Shown here: piece by piece, positions 1-13,750 of the stretch
Layout: each line of letters starts with the position of its first letter
Numbering within the stretch: position 1 is the stretch's first letter
NCBI GenBank assembly: GCA_026770705.1
Contig: JANJGN010000151.1
Coordinates: forward strand, 248,001-312,000
DNA: 64,000 nt
From: Isurus oxyrinchus
Taxonomy: Eukaryota
Direction of reading: 5' to 3'
Made by a program: the position numbers and the translations under genes
The notes under the pieces: model-generated
What the model was told of the DNA's origin: nothing
Seen by the model: only the letters and a program-made list of their open reading frames with translations
Databases searched by the model: none

Positions 1-291
1 GAGACAGAGGAAGAGAGGGAAGAAGTTCAGTGAGTCATTTCAAATATGTATTTACCATGATAATGGAATGGCCAGTTTGACATTACTTTCCAGTGCACTC
101 AAGACAATGCATTACTGATAAATATTAATGGCAGCATAGGCAGCATATAGATATATTCTCAATAAACTATCGTAACTTGCTGAAAAATAATTATAATGTC
201 TTTTGAAAGCAATGAAGCATGATATGCTCTAGATGTACCCGCACACATTCACACTCACACACACACGCACAGGCACACGCGCATGCTCAGC

Positions 292-424
292 NNNNNNNNN
301 NNNNNNNNNNNNNNNNNNNNNNNNNNNNNNNNNNNNNNNNNNNNNNNNNNNNNNNNNNNNNNNNNNNNNNNNNNNNNNNNNNNNNNNNNNNNNNNNNNNN
401 NNNNNNNNNNNNNNNNNNNNNNNN
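292..424. other. Assembly gap (133 N)
   Basis: Run of N following a CA-rich microsatellite. Confidence 0.99.
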
Positions 425-1039
425 NGAGCATTGGTTATTAGGAGCCTGCTGCCGCTCATTCGCCTTCAGATCTTGTCTCTCACAATCAGTGACCACGCCA
501 AAAGCAAACAGACATTCCTGTTGAAAGATGGAAAAATATCTGTAAATTATAGAAACCTGTGAGCAATTGTCATTGATAAGCTCAAGTATGAATTTGTCAT
601 CTCCAACACAATGCAGTTTGTGACTAAGTTGTGCAATGTGCAGTGCAATGTGGTTCATCTTTGTTTCTAATCCTCAACCTCATTGATGAAAGGAATGTTA
701 CAAGATTCAGCCCAACCTTTCAGCACAAACAGGACACACATCACACTAGAGCAATTAGAAATTGCACACAATGCCTAATAGTTAGCATCAAAACTAAATG
801 TATTCTTTCAAAACCTTTTGACCCAGAGGATATTATGACATTTTAAAAATCAATACTCACCTGTTCACCTGGCTCTCTCTCCACCTCTGTACAGTTATCA
901 GAGGCTTTTTATAGTGAAGTAATAACTGAAACTTGGTCTAGTGTATTAATAAATGGGATTGGACCTTTATAACATAAGGTGAGACACAGAAGAGTACAGT
1001 GATGAATGAAGCAGCCTAAAACAGTAATATCACAGAATC

Positions 1040-2170
1040 ATAGAATCACAGAACTTTAACGGCACAGAAGGAGGCCATTCTGCCCAACTTGTCTGCATCG
1101 GACCTCCAAATGAGCATTCTGACATAGTGCCATTGCCCTGGCTTTTCCCCGCACCCTAGCACTTTGTTTCTATTCAAATAATCATTTAACACCCTTTTGA
1201 ATGCCTCAGTTGAACCTGCCTTCCTCACACTTCCAGTCAGTGTATTCCAGGCCGAACCACTCGCTGTGTGAAAAAGTAAGTTCTCACGTCACATTTGCTT
1301 CTTTTGCAAACCACTTTAAACCTGTGCCCTCTCGTTCTTTATCCTTTTACGGATGGGAACAGTTTCTTCCTCTCTACTCTGTCCAGCCCACTCATGATTT
1401 TGAATACTTCAATCAAATCTCCTCTCAGCCTTCTCCTCTCCATGGAACACAATCCCAGCTTCTCCAATCTCCCCTCATAACTGAAATTTCTCATCCCTGG
1501 GTACATTCTTCTAAACCTCTTCAGCACTCTCTCCAATATCTTCACATACTTCCTTTGATATCGTACCAAGGACGGCACACAATATTCCAGCTGAGTTCTA
1601 ACGATATAAATTCAGCATAACCTCCCTGCTCATGTACTCTATGCCCCTATTAATAGAGTGCAGGATACTATATGCTTTATTAACTGTTCTCTCCACCTGT
1701 CCTGCCACTTTCAATTATCTATGCATATCTACACCCAAGTCTTTCTGCTCCTGCACTCCTTTCAAAACTCCACCCCTTATTTATTTTGCCTGTCCATGTT
1801 CCTCTTACCAAAATGCATCACCTCACACTTCTCCACGTTGAATTTCATCTGCCACCTATCTGCCCACTCCACCAACTTGTCTGTGTCCTCTTGAAGTTCC
1901 ACACCATTCCCCTGGCAGTTTGCAACACTCCCAAGCTTCGTCTCATCCGCAAACTTTCAAATTGTCCCCTGCACACCAAGGCCTAGATGGTTAATATATA
2001 TCAGGAAAAGCAAGGGTCCCAATACCGACCCCTGGGGAACTGCACTACAAACCTTCCTCCAGTCCGAAAAACATCAATTGACCATTACTCCCTGCTTCCT
2101 TTTTTTCAGCTAACTTTGTAACCACATTGTTTCTGTCCCTTTTATTCCATGAGCTATAACTTTTCCCACA
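1040..2170 (-). mobile_element. CR1-like LINE, 5'-truncated and decayed
   Basis: Minus-strand peptide ERVLKRFRRMYPGMRNFSYEGRLEKLGL..RRRLRGDLIEVFKIM is typical of the CR1 ORF2 C-terminus; 3' tail near 1040. Confidence 0.85.
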
Positions 2171-2459
2171 ATTTGGTTGTCAGATAAATCCTAATAAAAT
2201 ACAAACTGAGACTTTGTACAATGCAACAGCAGCTCAGGAATTGCCACTTGCAGTATATATAGAGGCACGGCTATGTGCATTAATAAACAAAGCATCATAT
2301 AATGTAATAGAGATAGAGAAATAGTCTAGTGCAGTAATAACAGAGAAAAGGTCAATTGTAGTGTATATAGAGGCATGGTCCAGTGCATTAATAAGTTAAA
2401 CTGCAGATAGCATTATATACACTGATGCAATGCTGAGAGAAAGATAAAAGGAGAAATGG

Positions 2460-3120
2460 TAAGTAATTGTGAAAACTAATAGAATGTTATAATTTATTGC
2501 GAGAAGAATTGAATACAAATGTACGGAAGTTATGCTTCAGCTATACAGGGCACCAGTGAGATCATGTTTCGTGTACTGTCTACTGTATTGGTCACCTTAT
2601 TTAAGGAATGATGTAAATGTGTTGTAAGAGGTTCAGAGAAGGTTTATTAGACTAATACTTGGAATGGGTGGGTTGTCTAATGAGGAATGGTTTGACAGGC
2701 TAGGCTTATGTCTTCTGGGGTTTAGAAGAGTAAAAGGTGATTTCACTGAAACATATAAGATCCTGAGGGGTCTTGACAGGGTGGATGTGGAGAGGATGTT
2801 TCCTCTTGTGGGAGAATCTGGAATTGGGGTCACTGTTTAAAAATAAGGTGTCAGCCATGTAAAACGGAGATGAAGTGAATATTTTCACTCTCAGGGTCGT
2901 GAATCTTTGGGACTCTCTCCATAAAAAGGCAATGGAAGCAGAGCCTTGAGGCAGAGGTAGATAGATTCTTGGTAGCAAGGGGGTGATAAGTTATCGGGGG
3001 TCGGCAGGATGCAGATTTCATGTTACTGTCAGATCAGCCATGATATTATGAAATGGTGGAGCAAGCTCGAGGGGCTGAATGGCCTACTCATGCTCCTTGT
3101 TCGTATGCTCGTGTGTTCGT
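2460..3120 (+). mobile_element. CR1-like LINE 3' fragment
   Basis: Degenerate ORF2 C-terminus (GD.TETYKILRGLDRVDVERMFPLVG) followed by the 3' UTR GGGCTGAATGGCCTACTC..GCTCCT. Confidence 0.85.
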
Positions 3121-3904
3121 ATGGTCTGGTACAGTCATCAGTGAGACAAGTTCAGCAAGTCAAGGGCAGTGATAACTGAAGCATGGTTCAGTGTAAAACA
3201 CCGAAACACAATTTGCAGTGAAATATAAATTAAAACATGGTTGTACTACAGTGTGAACTGGAAAAGCGTTAATTGGAGTGTCCACAGAAGCACGGCCTAA
3301 TGTAATAATAACTGGTGCATGATATGCATGATATAAACAGCAGCAGCGTCAGGTGTAGTGATAACTGGGAAAGGACCAATTGCAACACAAGTAGAGATAT
3401 GGACGGCTGCAATAATAAACAAGATAAGGCCCATTGTACTATTAACAGTGATAAAAACAAAAAAACTGCAGATGCTGGAAATCCAAAACAAAAACCGAAT
3501 TACCAGAGTTCTGTTGAAGGGTCATGAGGAGTCGAAACGTCAACTCTTTTCTTCTCCGCCGATGCTGCCAGACCTGCTGAGTTTTTCCAGTTAATTCTGT
3601 TTTTCTACTGTTAACAGTGACGTTCACCTGTACAACAATAACTTAAGCAAAATGTAATCTGGCGTTTACAGTTACAAATGAGGGCGTGAAATAAATTGAA
3701 CAGGGGATGTATAGGAATTATTAAAACAGGGCCTCGATTGACATAAACTGAGGCAGGGTCCAGTGCAGTGATTCCTGATACAGGATTTAGATTGATATAA
3801 ACTGAGACAGGGCCTAGTGAAGTGATTACATATACAGGGCAGAGATTAATGTCAACGGAGGAAGGGTCCAATGCAGTAATTACTGATACAGGGTCTAGGT
3901 TGAT

Positions 3905-5218
3905 ATAAAAACAGAAAATGCTGGAAAAACGCCATTCCATTCTCTTAGTTCGTTCACCTCCTTCACATCTGTTCCGATGATGCCACTATCCAAAATGATG
4001 CTTCTGACATGCCTTTCTTATTCCTTAACCAAGGTTTCACACCCACTGTGGTTGACAGGGCCCTCAACTGTGGCCGACCCATCTCTCGCATCTCTGCTTT
4101 CACACATTCCCCTCTCTCCCAGAATCATGATAGGGTCCCCCTTTTCCTCATGTTTCATCCCACCACCCCCAGCATTCAAAGGATCATCCTCCGACTTTTC
4201 CGCTAACTCCAACATGATGCCACCACCAAACACACCTTCCCCTCACCACTCCACCCCCACCCCTGTCAGCATTCCACAGGGACCGTTCCCTCCGAGACAC
4301 CCTGGTCCACTCCTGCATCATCCACAACACCTCATCCCTTCCCATGGCTCCTTCCCAAGCAATCAGAGAAGATGCAACACCTGCCCATTTACCTCCTCCC
4401 TCCTCACCATCCAAGGGCCCAAACACTCCTTTCAGGTGAAGCACCGCTTCATTGCACCTCCTTCAATTTGGTCGACTGCATTCGCTGCTCCCAATGCAGT
4501 CTCCTCTAGATTGGGGACACCAAACACAGACTGGCAGGCCGCTTTGTGGAACACCTTCGGTCTATCTGCAAGCATGTCCTAGTCCTTCCTGTCACTTGCA
4601 ATTTCAACACGCCATCCTGCTCTGATACCCACATGTCCCTCTTTGACCTGCTGCATTGTCCCAGTGAAGCCCAACGCAAACTGGAGGAACAGAAACTCAT
4701 CTTCCGATAATGCACTTTACAGCCTTATTCATTTATTCATTATTTTATCCTCTTTTATCCCCTTTTTCATTCCTTTTTATACTGTTTTTCCCCAACCACC
4801 CCTACCACACCCCCAAAAGGGCAATCAGTTACTTGTCCCATGTTGTTCTTCAACAGTGTGCAGATTCTGGCTCTGCTGTTAATACATTCTGCTTTCTTAC
4901 CTTTATGACTCTATCAGCACCTACTTTAGCCTTACTACTGCCATTAACACTCCCTTTTTCTGTTTGCCTATGATATGTTTGGCAGTGTCACCTGACTTCT
5001 ACCTATGGCTTGCCTTCTATCCAGCTTGACCTGCTCCGCCCCACTTAAACAGCAAATGTCATCACATTTTGACTTCTCTTTAGCTCTGAGGAAGGTCATA
5101 CGGTCTCAGAAAGTTAGCTCTGCTTCTCTCACCACAGGTGCTGTCAGACCTGCTGTGATGTCCCAGCATTTTATGCTTTTCTTTCATATTTCCAGCATCC
5201 GCACTATTTTGCTTTTAT
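3905..5218 (+). mobile_element. Penelope-like retroelement fragment (GIY-YIG region plus terminal repeat)
   Basis: RRCNTCPFTSSLLTIQGPKHSFQVK is characteristic of the PLE Cys linker/GIY-YIG region; frameshifted; terminal repeat at about 5060-5218. Confidence 0.75.
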
Positions 5219-5954
5219 CCAGATTGATATAAACTGAGACAGTGCCTAGTGCAGTGATTACTAATGGAGGGTCTAGATTATCATGAACTGAGACAGGGCC
5301 TAGTGCAATGCTTACTGATACAGTATCTAGATTAATGTAAACTGAGACAGGCTCATGTGCAGTGATAACTGATACAGGATCTAGATTAATATGAACTGAG
5401 ATATGCTCGAGCGCAGTGATTACAGACACAGGATTTAGATTAATATAAACTGGAACAGGGTCTGGTCCAGTGGTTATTGTTACAGGATCTTGATCAATAT
5501 AAATTCAGACAATGCCCTGTGCAGTGATTACTGATACAGGGTCTAGGTTGATATACATTGAGGCAAGCATAGTGCAGTGATTATTCTTAGAGGGCTGAGA
5601 TAAAAATAAACTAGGACAGGGACTAGAGCAATGATTACTGATACAGTGGGTAGATCAATATAAACTGAGAGAGTGTCCAGTGCAGTGATTAGAGATACAG
5701 GGTCTAGATTAATAAAACTTGAGGTGCGGCCAAGTGCAGTGATTACTGTTACCGGGTCTAGGTCAATATAAACTGATGCAGGGGCTAGTGCAATGATTAC
5801 TCATAAAGGATCTAGACTAATATAAACTGAGACAGGACCAAGTGCAATGATTACTGATCCATGGTCTTGATCAATATAAAAGGAGGCAGTGTCCAGTAGA
5901 GTGATTACTGATACAGGGTCTTGATTAATATAAACCGAGACAGGGTATAGTGCT

Positions 5955-6300
5955 ACAATAACAAAAACAAAAATACCTGGAAAAACTCAGCAGGTCTGGC
6001 AGCATCTATGGAGAGGAACACAGTTAATGTTTCAAGTCTGCATGACTCTTAAACAGAACTTAGGAAAAATAGAAAAGGGGTGAAATATAAGCTGGTTAAA
6101 GGGGGCAGGGAATGGTGGGATATAAGCTAATAAGACATATTTCACCCCTTTTCTATTTTTCCTTCATTCTGTTGAAGAGTTACGCGGACTTGAAACGTGA
6201 ACTGGGCTCCTCTCCCCAGATGCTGCCTGTTCTGCTGAGTTTTTCCAGGTATTTTTGTTTTTGTTTTGGATTTCCAGCATCCACAGTTTTTTGCTTTTAT
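5955..6300. mobile_element. Palindromic Penelope terminal-repeat insertion with 9-bp TSD
   Basis: Inverted arms about 5960-6088 and 6137-6265; TATAGTGCT at 5946-5954 and 6301-6309. Confidence 0.75.
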
Positions 6301-9289
6301 TATAGTGCTGCGATTACTGATACAGGCTCTAGCTTGATATAAACTGAGACAGGGCATTGTGCAGTGATCATTGATACAGGGTCTAAATAAATATAAATTG
6401 GGACAGGGGCTAGTGCAATAATCACTGTTACAGTGTCTGGACTAAAATAAACTGAAGCATTCCCTAGTTCAGTCATTATTGATACAGGTTCTGGACTAAT
6501 ATAAACTGAGTTAAGGTCTAGTGCAGTGATTACTGATACAGGATATGGATTGATATAAATGGAGGCATGTACAGTGATTACTGGTACAGGGCCTCAATTA
6601 ATATAAAATGAGACAGTGTCCATTGCACTGATTATGATGCATGGCCTAGATCAATATAAATTGAGATAGGGTCGAGTGCAGAGATTACTGATACAGGGTC
6701 TAGATTAATGTAAACTGAGACAGAGCCTAGTGCAGTGATTACTGATACAGGGCCTAGGTGAATATAAAGCAGGATAGAGGCGAGTGCAGTGATAAATGAT
6801 GCAGGATCAGGGTCAATATAAACTGAGGCAGTGTCCATTGCAGTGATTACTGATACATGGCCTAAATTAATATGAACTGAGGCAGGGCCTAGTGCAGCAA
6901 TTACTGATTTAGGGACAGATTAATATGAACTGAGGCAGGCTATAGTGCAGTCATTACTGATTCAGGGTCTGGATCAATATGAACTGAGACAGGGCCTAGT
7001 GCAGTGATTACTGATAGATGGTCTAGGTTGATATAAAGTGAGGCAGGGCCTAGTGTAGTGATTACCGACACAGGGATGAGAGTTATATAAACTCGGTCAG
7101 GGGCTCGTGCAGTGATTAATGATAAAGGATGAGGATCAATATAAACTGAGACAGTGTCCATTGAAGTGATTATGGTTACAGGGTGTACATCAGTATAAAC
7201 TGAGATAAGGTCTAGTGCAGTGAATAATGATGCAGGGTCTGGATTAATATAACATGAGACAGTGTCTAGTGCAGAGATCACTGATCCAAGGTCTTGATAA
7301 ATATAAAACTATCATCGTGTATAGTGCAGCAATTACTGATTTAGGGTCTAGATTGATATAAACTAAGACAGGACATATTAAATTGATTACCGATGCAGTG
7401 TCCAGGTTAATAGAAACTGAGAGAGGGCAAAGTGCGGTGATTATAGATTCAGGGTGCAGATTATTATAACCAGAATAGGGTCGAGGGCAGTGATTACTGA
7501 AACAGGGTCTTGATTAATATAAACTGAACCAGGCTCTTGTACAGTAATCACTGATACGCAGACTGAACTAACATAACCTGAGACAGGGCCTGGTGCACTG
7601 TTCACTGACACAGGGCCCAGATAAATATAACTGGGACAGGGGCTCAGGCAGTGTTTACTGCTGCAGGGGCTAAATTAATATAAACTTTGATAGGGTCTAG
7701 TGCAGTGATTACTGATACAGGGTCTAGACTGATTTTAAAAAAAACTGAGGCAGGGCATAGTGCAGTGATTGCTGATACAGGGTACAGATTAATATAAACT
7801 GAGATAGGGCCTTGATAAGTATAAGCCAGGACAAGGGCTAGTGCAGTGATTAATGATTCGGATCATGATCAATATAAACTGAGACAGTGTCCTTTGCAGT
7901 GATTACTGATACAAGATCTAGATCAATATCAATGGAGAAAGGGCCTAGTGCAGTGATTACTGATACAGGGTCTTGATTAATATAAACTGAGGCAGGGCAT
8001 TGTGCAGTGATGACAAATGCAGGCTCTATGTTAATAGAATCTGTGACAGGGTCACGTGCAGTGATTACTGACACAGGGTCTATTTGATATAAACTGAGGG
8101 AGGGCATATTGCAGTGATACAGAGCCTAGAGCAATATATATGGAGACAGTGTTCATTGCAGTGATTACAGATGCAGGATCTAGCTTAATATAAACTGAGA
8201 CAGGTTCTTGTGCAGTAATTATTGATACAGGGTCTCAATCAATATAAACTCAGACAGTGCCCAAAGCAGTGATCACTGATACAGGGCCGAGATAAATTTG
8301 ACTTGAGGCAGGGCCTACTGCAGTGATTACTGATACAGGATCTAGGTTAATAGAAACTGAGAGAGGGCCAAGTGCAGTGATTATAGATTCAGAGTGCAGA
8401 TTATAATAACTGGAACAGGGACGTGTGCAGTGATTATTGAAACAGGGTCTTGATTAATATAAACTGAGACAGGCTCTTGTGCAGTAATTACTGATACACG
8501 GTCTGAACTAACATAACCTGACACAGGGCCTAGATAAATATAACTGGGACAGGGGCTCGGGCAGTGATTACTGCTGCATGGACTAAATTAATGTAAACTG
8601 AGATAGGGCCTAGTGCAGTGATTACTGATACAGGGTCTAGATTGATAAACAAAATGAGGCCTGGCATATTGTACCGCATCTAGCTTAATATAAACTGCGG
8701 CAGGGCCGAGTGCAGTGATTACTGACACATGGTCTCAATCAATATGAACTTAGACAATGTCCAGTGGAGCGATTACTGATGCAGAGCCTAGATTAATATA
8801 AACTGAGGCAGGGCCTCATGCAGTGATAATTGATACAGGGTCTAGATTAATAGAAACAGAGAGAGGGCCAAGTGCAGTGATTACTGATAGAGGGTCTAAA
8901 TTGATATAAACTGACTTAGGGCAGATTGCAGTAATTACTGATACAGTGTCCTGATCAATATAAACTGAGATAGGTCCAAGTGCAGTGATTACTGATACAG
9001 GGTCTGGATTAATATAAAGTGAGACAGGGCCTTGTGCAGTCATTACTGATACAAGATCTAGATTAATATAACCTGAGACGGGGCTTATTGCAATTATTAC
9101 TGATAGATGGTCTGGACTAATTTAAACTGAGGCAGGCCATAGTGCAGTGGTGACTGATACAGGATCTAGATTAATATAAACTGAGACAGGGTTTAGCACA
9201 ATGTTTATTAATACAGTGTCTCAATCAGCATAACTCAGACAATGTTGAGTGCACTGATTACTAATACAGGATCCAGATTAAAAAATCCT

Positions 9290-9465
9290 TTAAATCCTTT
9301 AAAAAATACCTGGATGAGCACTTTGCATGTCATAACATTCAATGCTATGACCAAATGCTGGAAAATGGGATTAGGCAGGTAGGTCAGGTGTTTCTCACAT
9401 GTCGGTGCAGACTCGGTGGGCCAAAGGGCCTCTTCTGCACTGTGTGATGCTGTGATTCTGTGATA
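9290..9465 (+). mobile_element. Short CR1 3'-end insertion in the satellite
   Basis: TTTAAAAAATACCTGGATGAGCACTT..GGGCCAAAGGGCCT..CTGTG tail, similar to the other CR1 3' ends in the window. Confidence 0.7.
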
Positions 9466-11379
9466 ATATAAACTGATTACTGATACAGGTCTAGATCAGT
9501 ATCAAGTGAGACAGTGTCTAGTGCAGTGATTACTGGCACAGAATCTAGATTAATACAAACTGTGACAGGGCCGAGTGCTGTGATTACTGACACAGGGACG
9601 AGATTATTATAAACTAGAACAGGGGCTAGTGCAGTAATTAATGATACAGGATCAGGATCAATATAAACTGAGGCAGTGTCCTTTCCAATGATTACTGTTA
9701 GAGGGTCTGGACTAATATAAACTGAATCAGGGCCTAGAGCAGTCATTACTAATACAGGGTGAAGATTAATTGAAACTGAGACAGGGTCCAGTGCAGTGTT
9801 TACTAATATATGGTCCTGATCAATATAAACTCAGACAAAGTCCAGTGCAGTCATTACTAATACCGGGTCAAGATTAATAGAAACTGAGACAGGGCCTAGT
9901 GCAGTGGTTACTGATGCAGGGTGTAAATTAATATAAACTCAGACAATGTCCAGGGCAGAGATGACTGACATAGGGTCTTGATTAATGTAAACTGAGACAG
10001 GGTCCACTGCAGCGATTAATGATACAGAGTCTAACGTAACATAAACTGAGACAATGTCTAGTGCAGTGATTCCTGATATATGGTCTGGACAAGAATAAAC
10101 TGAGACAGGGCCAAGTGCAAGAATTACTTCATCATTGACGCCCATATCCCAAGAATGAATTAAAACACTACAAAACACTGCGGATTTGGGAAATCTGAAG
10201 CAGGGCAAAAAATAACCACTCAGCAGGTCAGTGGGCATCAATAGAGACAGAAACAGGTCAAACGTTCAGGCCAATGACAGGTGCAAAATCTCCCTTGGTA
10301 CCAATCTATAGAGCAGGAATGTTCTCCCCACTATGCTAGTCCAATATTCATTCTTCAACTAAAATCACATATTATCTCATCATTTTTCGCAGCTCTATTC
10401 GTGGGAGCTTGCTGTGCACAAATCACCGGATGGATAGCCAATGTTACAGCAGTGACTAAACTTCAACAAATGTACATCAACGAATTTCAAGGGCTTTAGG
10501 GCATCCTGGGGTCATAGGCAGCATTCTATAAATGTAAATTCTTCCTAAATGTTAACATTTTAAAATGTTAGTTGTGATATGTTGAAAACACTGAGATTAA
10601 TATGATTATAGGTCGCTCCTCTGGCTGCTATTTTAAATTGTCCATTTTTAATTGGTTAAATCTTCCAACAAATTGACATTGAGTGTAATCCCACCCTGTT
10701 CAAATATTCATCATTGATTGTGACAGTAGAACTTTCAGAATTGAATTATTAATTTAAATGTATTTTTAATTATTTGAAATAAATAACATCTGTTCTAGTG
10801 GATGTTGAAAATGTTTCTATTAATTTTGTGCCAACTGTCAATATTCTTAAAATAAACCCTTGTTTTGAACGAAACCAATCAATAAGTGTCTGTGTTTATC
10901 TGGTTTTGCTGCCATGAACACTTCATTGAAATCAGTCAGGCGTTTATGTAAATAAACACAGAAATAGAAGTCCCAGATTAGATTCTGGAGACACAAAAGC
11001 ACTGCAAATATTTCTCCATCAACACAGCACAGAAATAGAGTCAAACATGCAAATACATCAACCGCTTTCAGTAGCAATTGTTTTTTGAGCATTTTTAAAA
11101 TCAGTTATATGAGAATTATGTCACAATGATATCTATATTCAGAATTAAGTAAGATTCCCACTTATCACGAAATATAATGTCATGGCAAATGTGTTTGTAA
11201 GGATGTCCTGTATCCTCTCTCTCTCTCTGTCTCTTTGTCCTCTCTGGTTATTTGTCTTGTCTCTCCACCATGGGTCACTGTCTTTACTCCACAACATGAA
11301 GTCAATATCTAGCCAATATATTCTCTCAGCCCGGTTCATACACTTCAAAATGAATTGATCTAATGAAATGGATTATAAT

Positions 11380-12385
11380 CCATAGAGGGAACTTTATTCT
11401 AAATCTGTTTTGAGCATTCACTGACTTGAGAGTGCTTGGTGGGTAACTGCAGATGAAACTTTACTCTGTATCTAACCTGTGTTGCAGCCAGTAGCGTAGA
11501 TTTGATGTGGCCCTGCCGAAGAAACTTTCCCTGTATCTAACCCGTGCTGTTCCTGCCTTTGGAATGTCTGATGGAGTGCAGAGGGAGCTTTACTTTGCAC
11601 CTAACCTGTACTGTGACTGCCCTGGGAGTGTTTGATATGACTGTGTAGAGGGAGATTTACTCTGTATCTAAACTGTGCTCTACCTGGCCTGGGAGTAATT
11701 GATAGGGCCATTTAGAGGGAGCTTTACTCTGCATTTAACCATGTTATATTTGACATGGCTGTAGATACTATAAAAGGGGATTTGCCCCTATCTAAGCCCT
11801 GGAAATATCTGATGTGATGGTGCAAAGGCAGCTTTCCTCTTTACCTGTTCCCAGTGTCGAGCTGCCTGGGAAATGTCTGATGAAGAGTGCAGAGGAAACT
11901 TTACACTGCATAGAACCCTTACCCTACATGCCTCAACTGTGTTTGAGCGGACAATGTAGAGGAAGTTTTACCCTGTTTCTGAACTGTGCTGCACCTGTCC
12001 TGGAAATGTTTGATGGTGACAGTGTCGAGGGAGATTCACTCTGAATCTAACCCGTGCTATACCTGCATTGGGAGAATTTCATGTGGCAATGTAGAGGGAA
12101 CTTTACATTATTAATGTAGCCCCATGCTACACCTGCCCTGGGGCTGTTTTATAGAGCCGTGGGCCTTGTCTCTGAATTACACTAGACCATGTCTAACCGT
12201 ATCTAACCCATGCTATATCTGCCCTGAGAGTGTTTCATGTTGACAGGGTCGAGGGAGTTTTCCACTCTCTAACCCGTGCTGTATCTTCCCTGGGAGTGTT
12301 CAATGTGACAATGTAGAGGTAGCTTTAAATTCTGTGCCTAGCCCCATGCTGCACCTGTCCTGGGAGTGTTTGATGGGACAGTGGA
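11380..12385 (+). repeat. ~67-bp tandem repeat
   Basis: Unit GTGTAGAGGGAGCTTTACTCTGTATCTAACCCGTGCTGTACCTGCCCTGGGAGTGTTTGATGGGACA, about 15 diverged copies. Confidence 0.9.
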
Positions 12386-13165
12386 CCCTGTCTCAATATT
12401 GCATTCGACCAGACCCAGTCTCTGTTTTTTTTACAGTCGACCCTGCCTCTCTTTGTATTACACTAGGCCCTGTCCCTGTTTCTATTGCACTCGACATGGC
12501 TCTCTTTATATTGCACTAGGCCCTGTCCCTGTTTATATGACAATCAACATGTCAATTTGTATTATATTCAACATGTCTCTGTTTATATTGCATGAGACAC
12601 TGTCTCTGTTTATATTGCACTCGGCCCTGCCCCTGTTTATATTACACTAGACCCTGTTTCTGTTTATGTTACACTGATCCCTGTCTCGGTTTACATTACA
12701 TTAGGCCTTGTCTCTGTTTATATTAAACTAGGCCCTGCCCCTGTTTGTATTGCACTTGATATGTCGCTGTTTATATTACACTTGGCATTTCTCTGTTATT
12801 ATTAGACTCAACATGTCTCTGTTTATTTTGCACTAGACACTGTCTCTGTTTATATTACATTAGATCCGGTCTCTGTTTATATTGCACTAGGCCTTGCCCC
12901 TGTTTATATTAACTGGGTCCTGTATGTTTATAATACACTAGACCCTGTCTCTATATTATACTGAATCCTGTTTCTGTTTATATTACTCTAGACCCTGTCT
13001 TTGCTTCAAATACACAAGGCCCTGTCTCTGTTTATATTATAATTGACCTGTCTCTGTACATATTAATCTAGAACTGTCTCTGTATTTCAGTAGACGCTGT
13101 TTCAGTTATGTGCTGGATCATATCTGTATTTAAATTACAATAGACCCTGCCTCAGTTATTACTGC
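12386..13165 (-). repeat. 27-bp tandem repeat (monomer of the 54-bp satellite, inverted)
   Basis: Plus-strand unit CTGTCTCTGTTTATATTGCACTAGGCC; its reverse complement matches both halves of the 54-mer. Confidence 0.9.
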
Positions 13166-13429
13166 ACTGCACAAGCGCAATAATGTGGAAATTGGCTGGG
13201 GTGGAAATAGTAAAGATAAGGCAGCAAGATGGTGGGAATAATTAACATGGGTGCCTATTTAGATGATTTGACTTGTCCTCACTACATCCCAGATTTGTGT
13301 TCATGATCTGCAGACCTCTCCTATCTTGCAGCTGTTTAAATTCAACCATTTAACTCCTATTTCCAGGGTCTTATGAAATAAAGTAAGGGAATATACTAAT
13401 GTAATATAAACAGAGGACAATTAGATAAA

Positions 13430-13750
13430 TAACTGAGACAGGATCTAATGTTACAGAAACAGAAACATGGACTAGGACAGTAACAATGAGACAGGACCAG
13501 TAAAATATGAACAATGGAGAGCAGCAATAACTGAGACAGAGTCCAGTGTTACAGAACCAGAAACATGGACTACAGCAGTAACAGTGAGACAGGCCCAGTG
13601 TAGTTTGAACAGAGGCATGGTGGAGAGCAGCAATACTGAGACAGGGTCTCGTATTACAGAAACAGAAACAGAAACATGGACTACAGCAATAACAATGAGA
13701 CAGGCTGAGTGTAATATGAACAGAGACAATGTGGAGAGCAGCAATATTGA
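13430..13750 (+). repeat. ~100-108-bp higher-order repeat built from 27-bp-like subunits
   Basis: GAAACAGAAACATGGACT and GGAGAGCAGCAATA each recur three times. Confidence 0.7.

Larger units (their letters stand above)
5220..10120 (+). repeat. 54-bp (2x27) tandem satellite, interrupted by insertions
   Basis: Unit AGTGCAGTGATTACTGATACAGGGTCT-AGATTAATATAAACTGAGACAGGGCCT; explains the minus-strand SVYINLDPVSVITALGP repeat ORFs. Confidence 0.95.

Noticed and set aside
5220-10120. CRISPR-like array or repeat-protein ORFs (SVYINLDPVSVITALGP)
   Set aside because: Contiguous tandem units without unique spacers, frequent stops and frameshifts, and a eukaryotic context; it is a satellite.
5220-10120. 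Satellite motif AGTGCAGTGATTA matches the box A region of the tRNA-Val relic at 59.8 kb
   Set aside because: Only about 13 nt match and there is no box B; the motif is explained by divergence from the 27-bp monomer.
10847-11348. Short minus-strand ORFs with possible splice sites
   Set aside because: No domain similarity or consistent exon chain.
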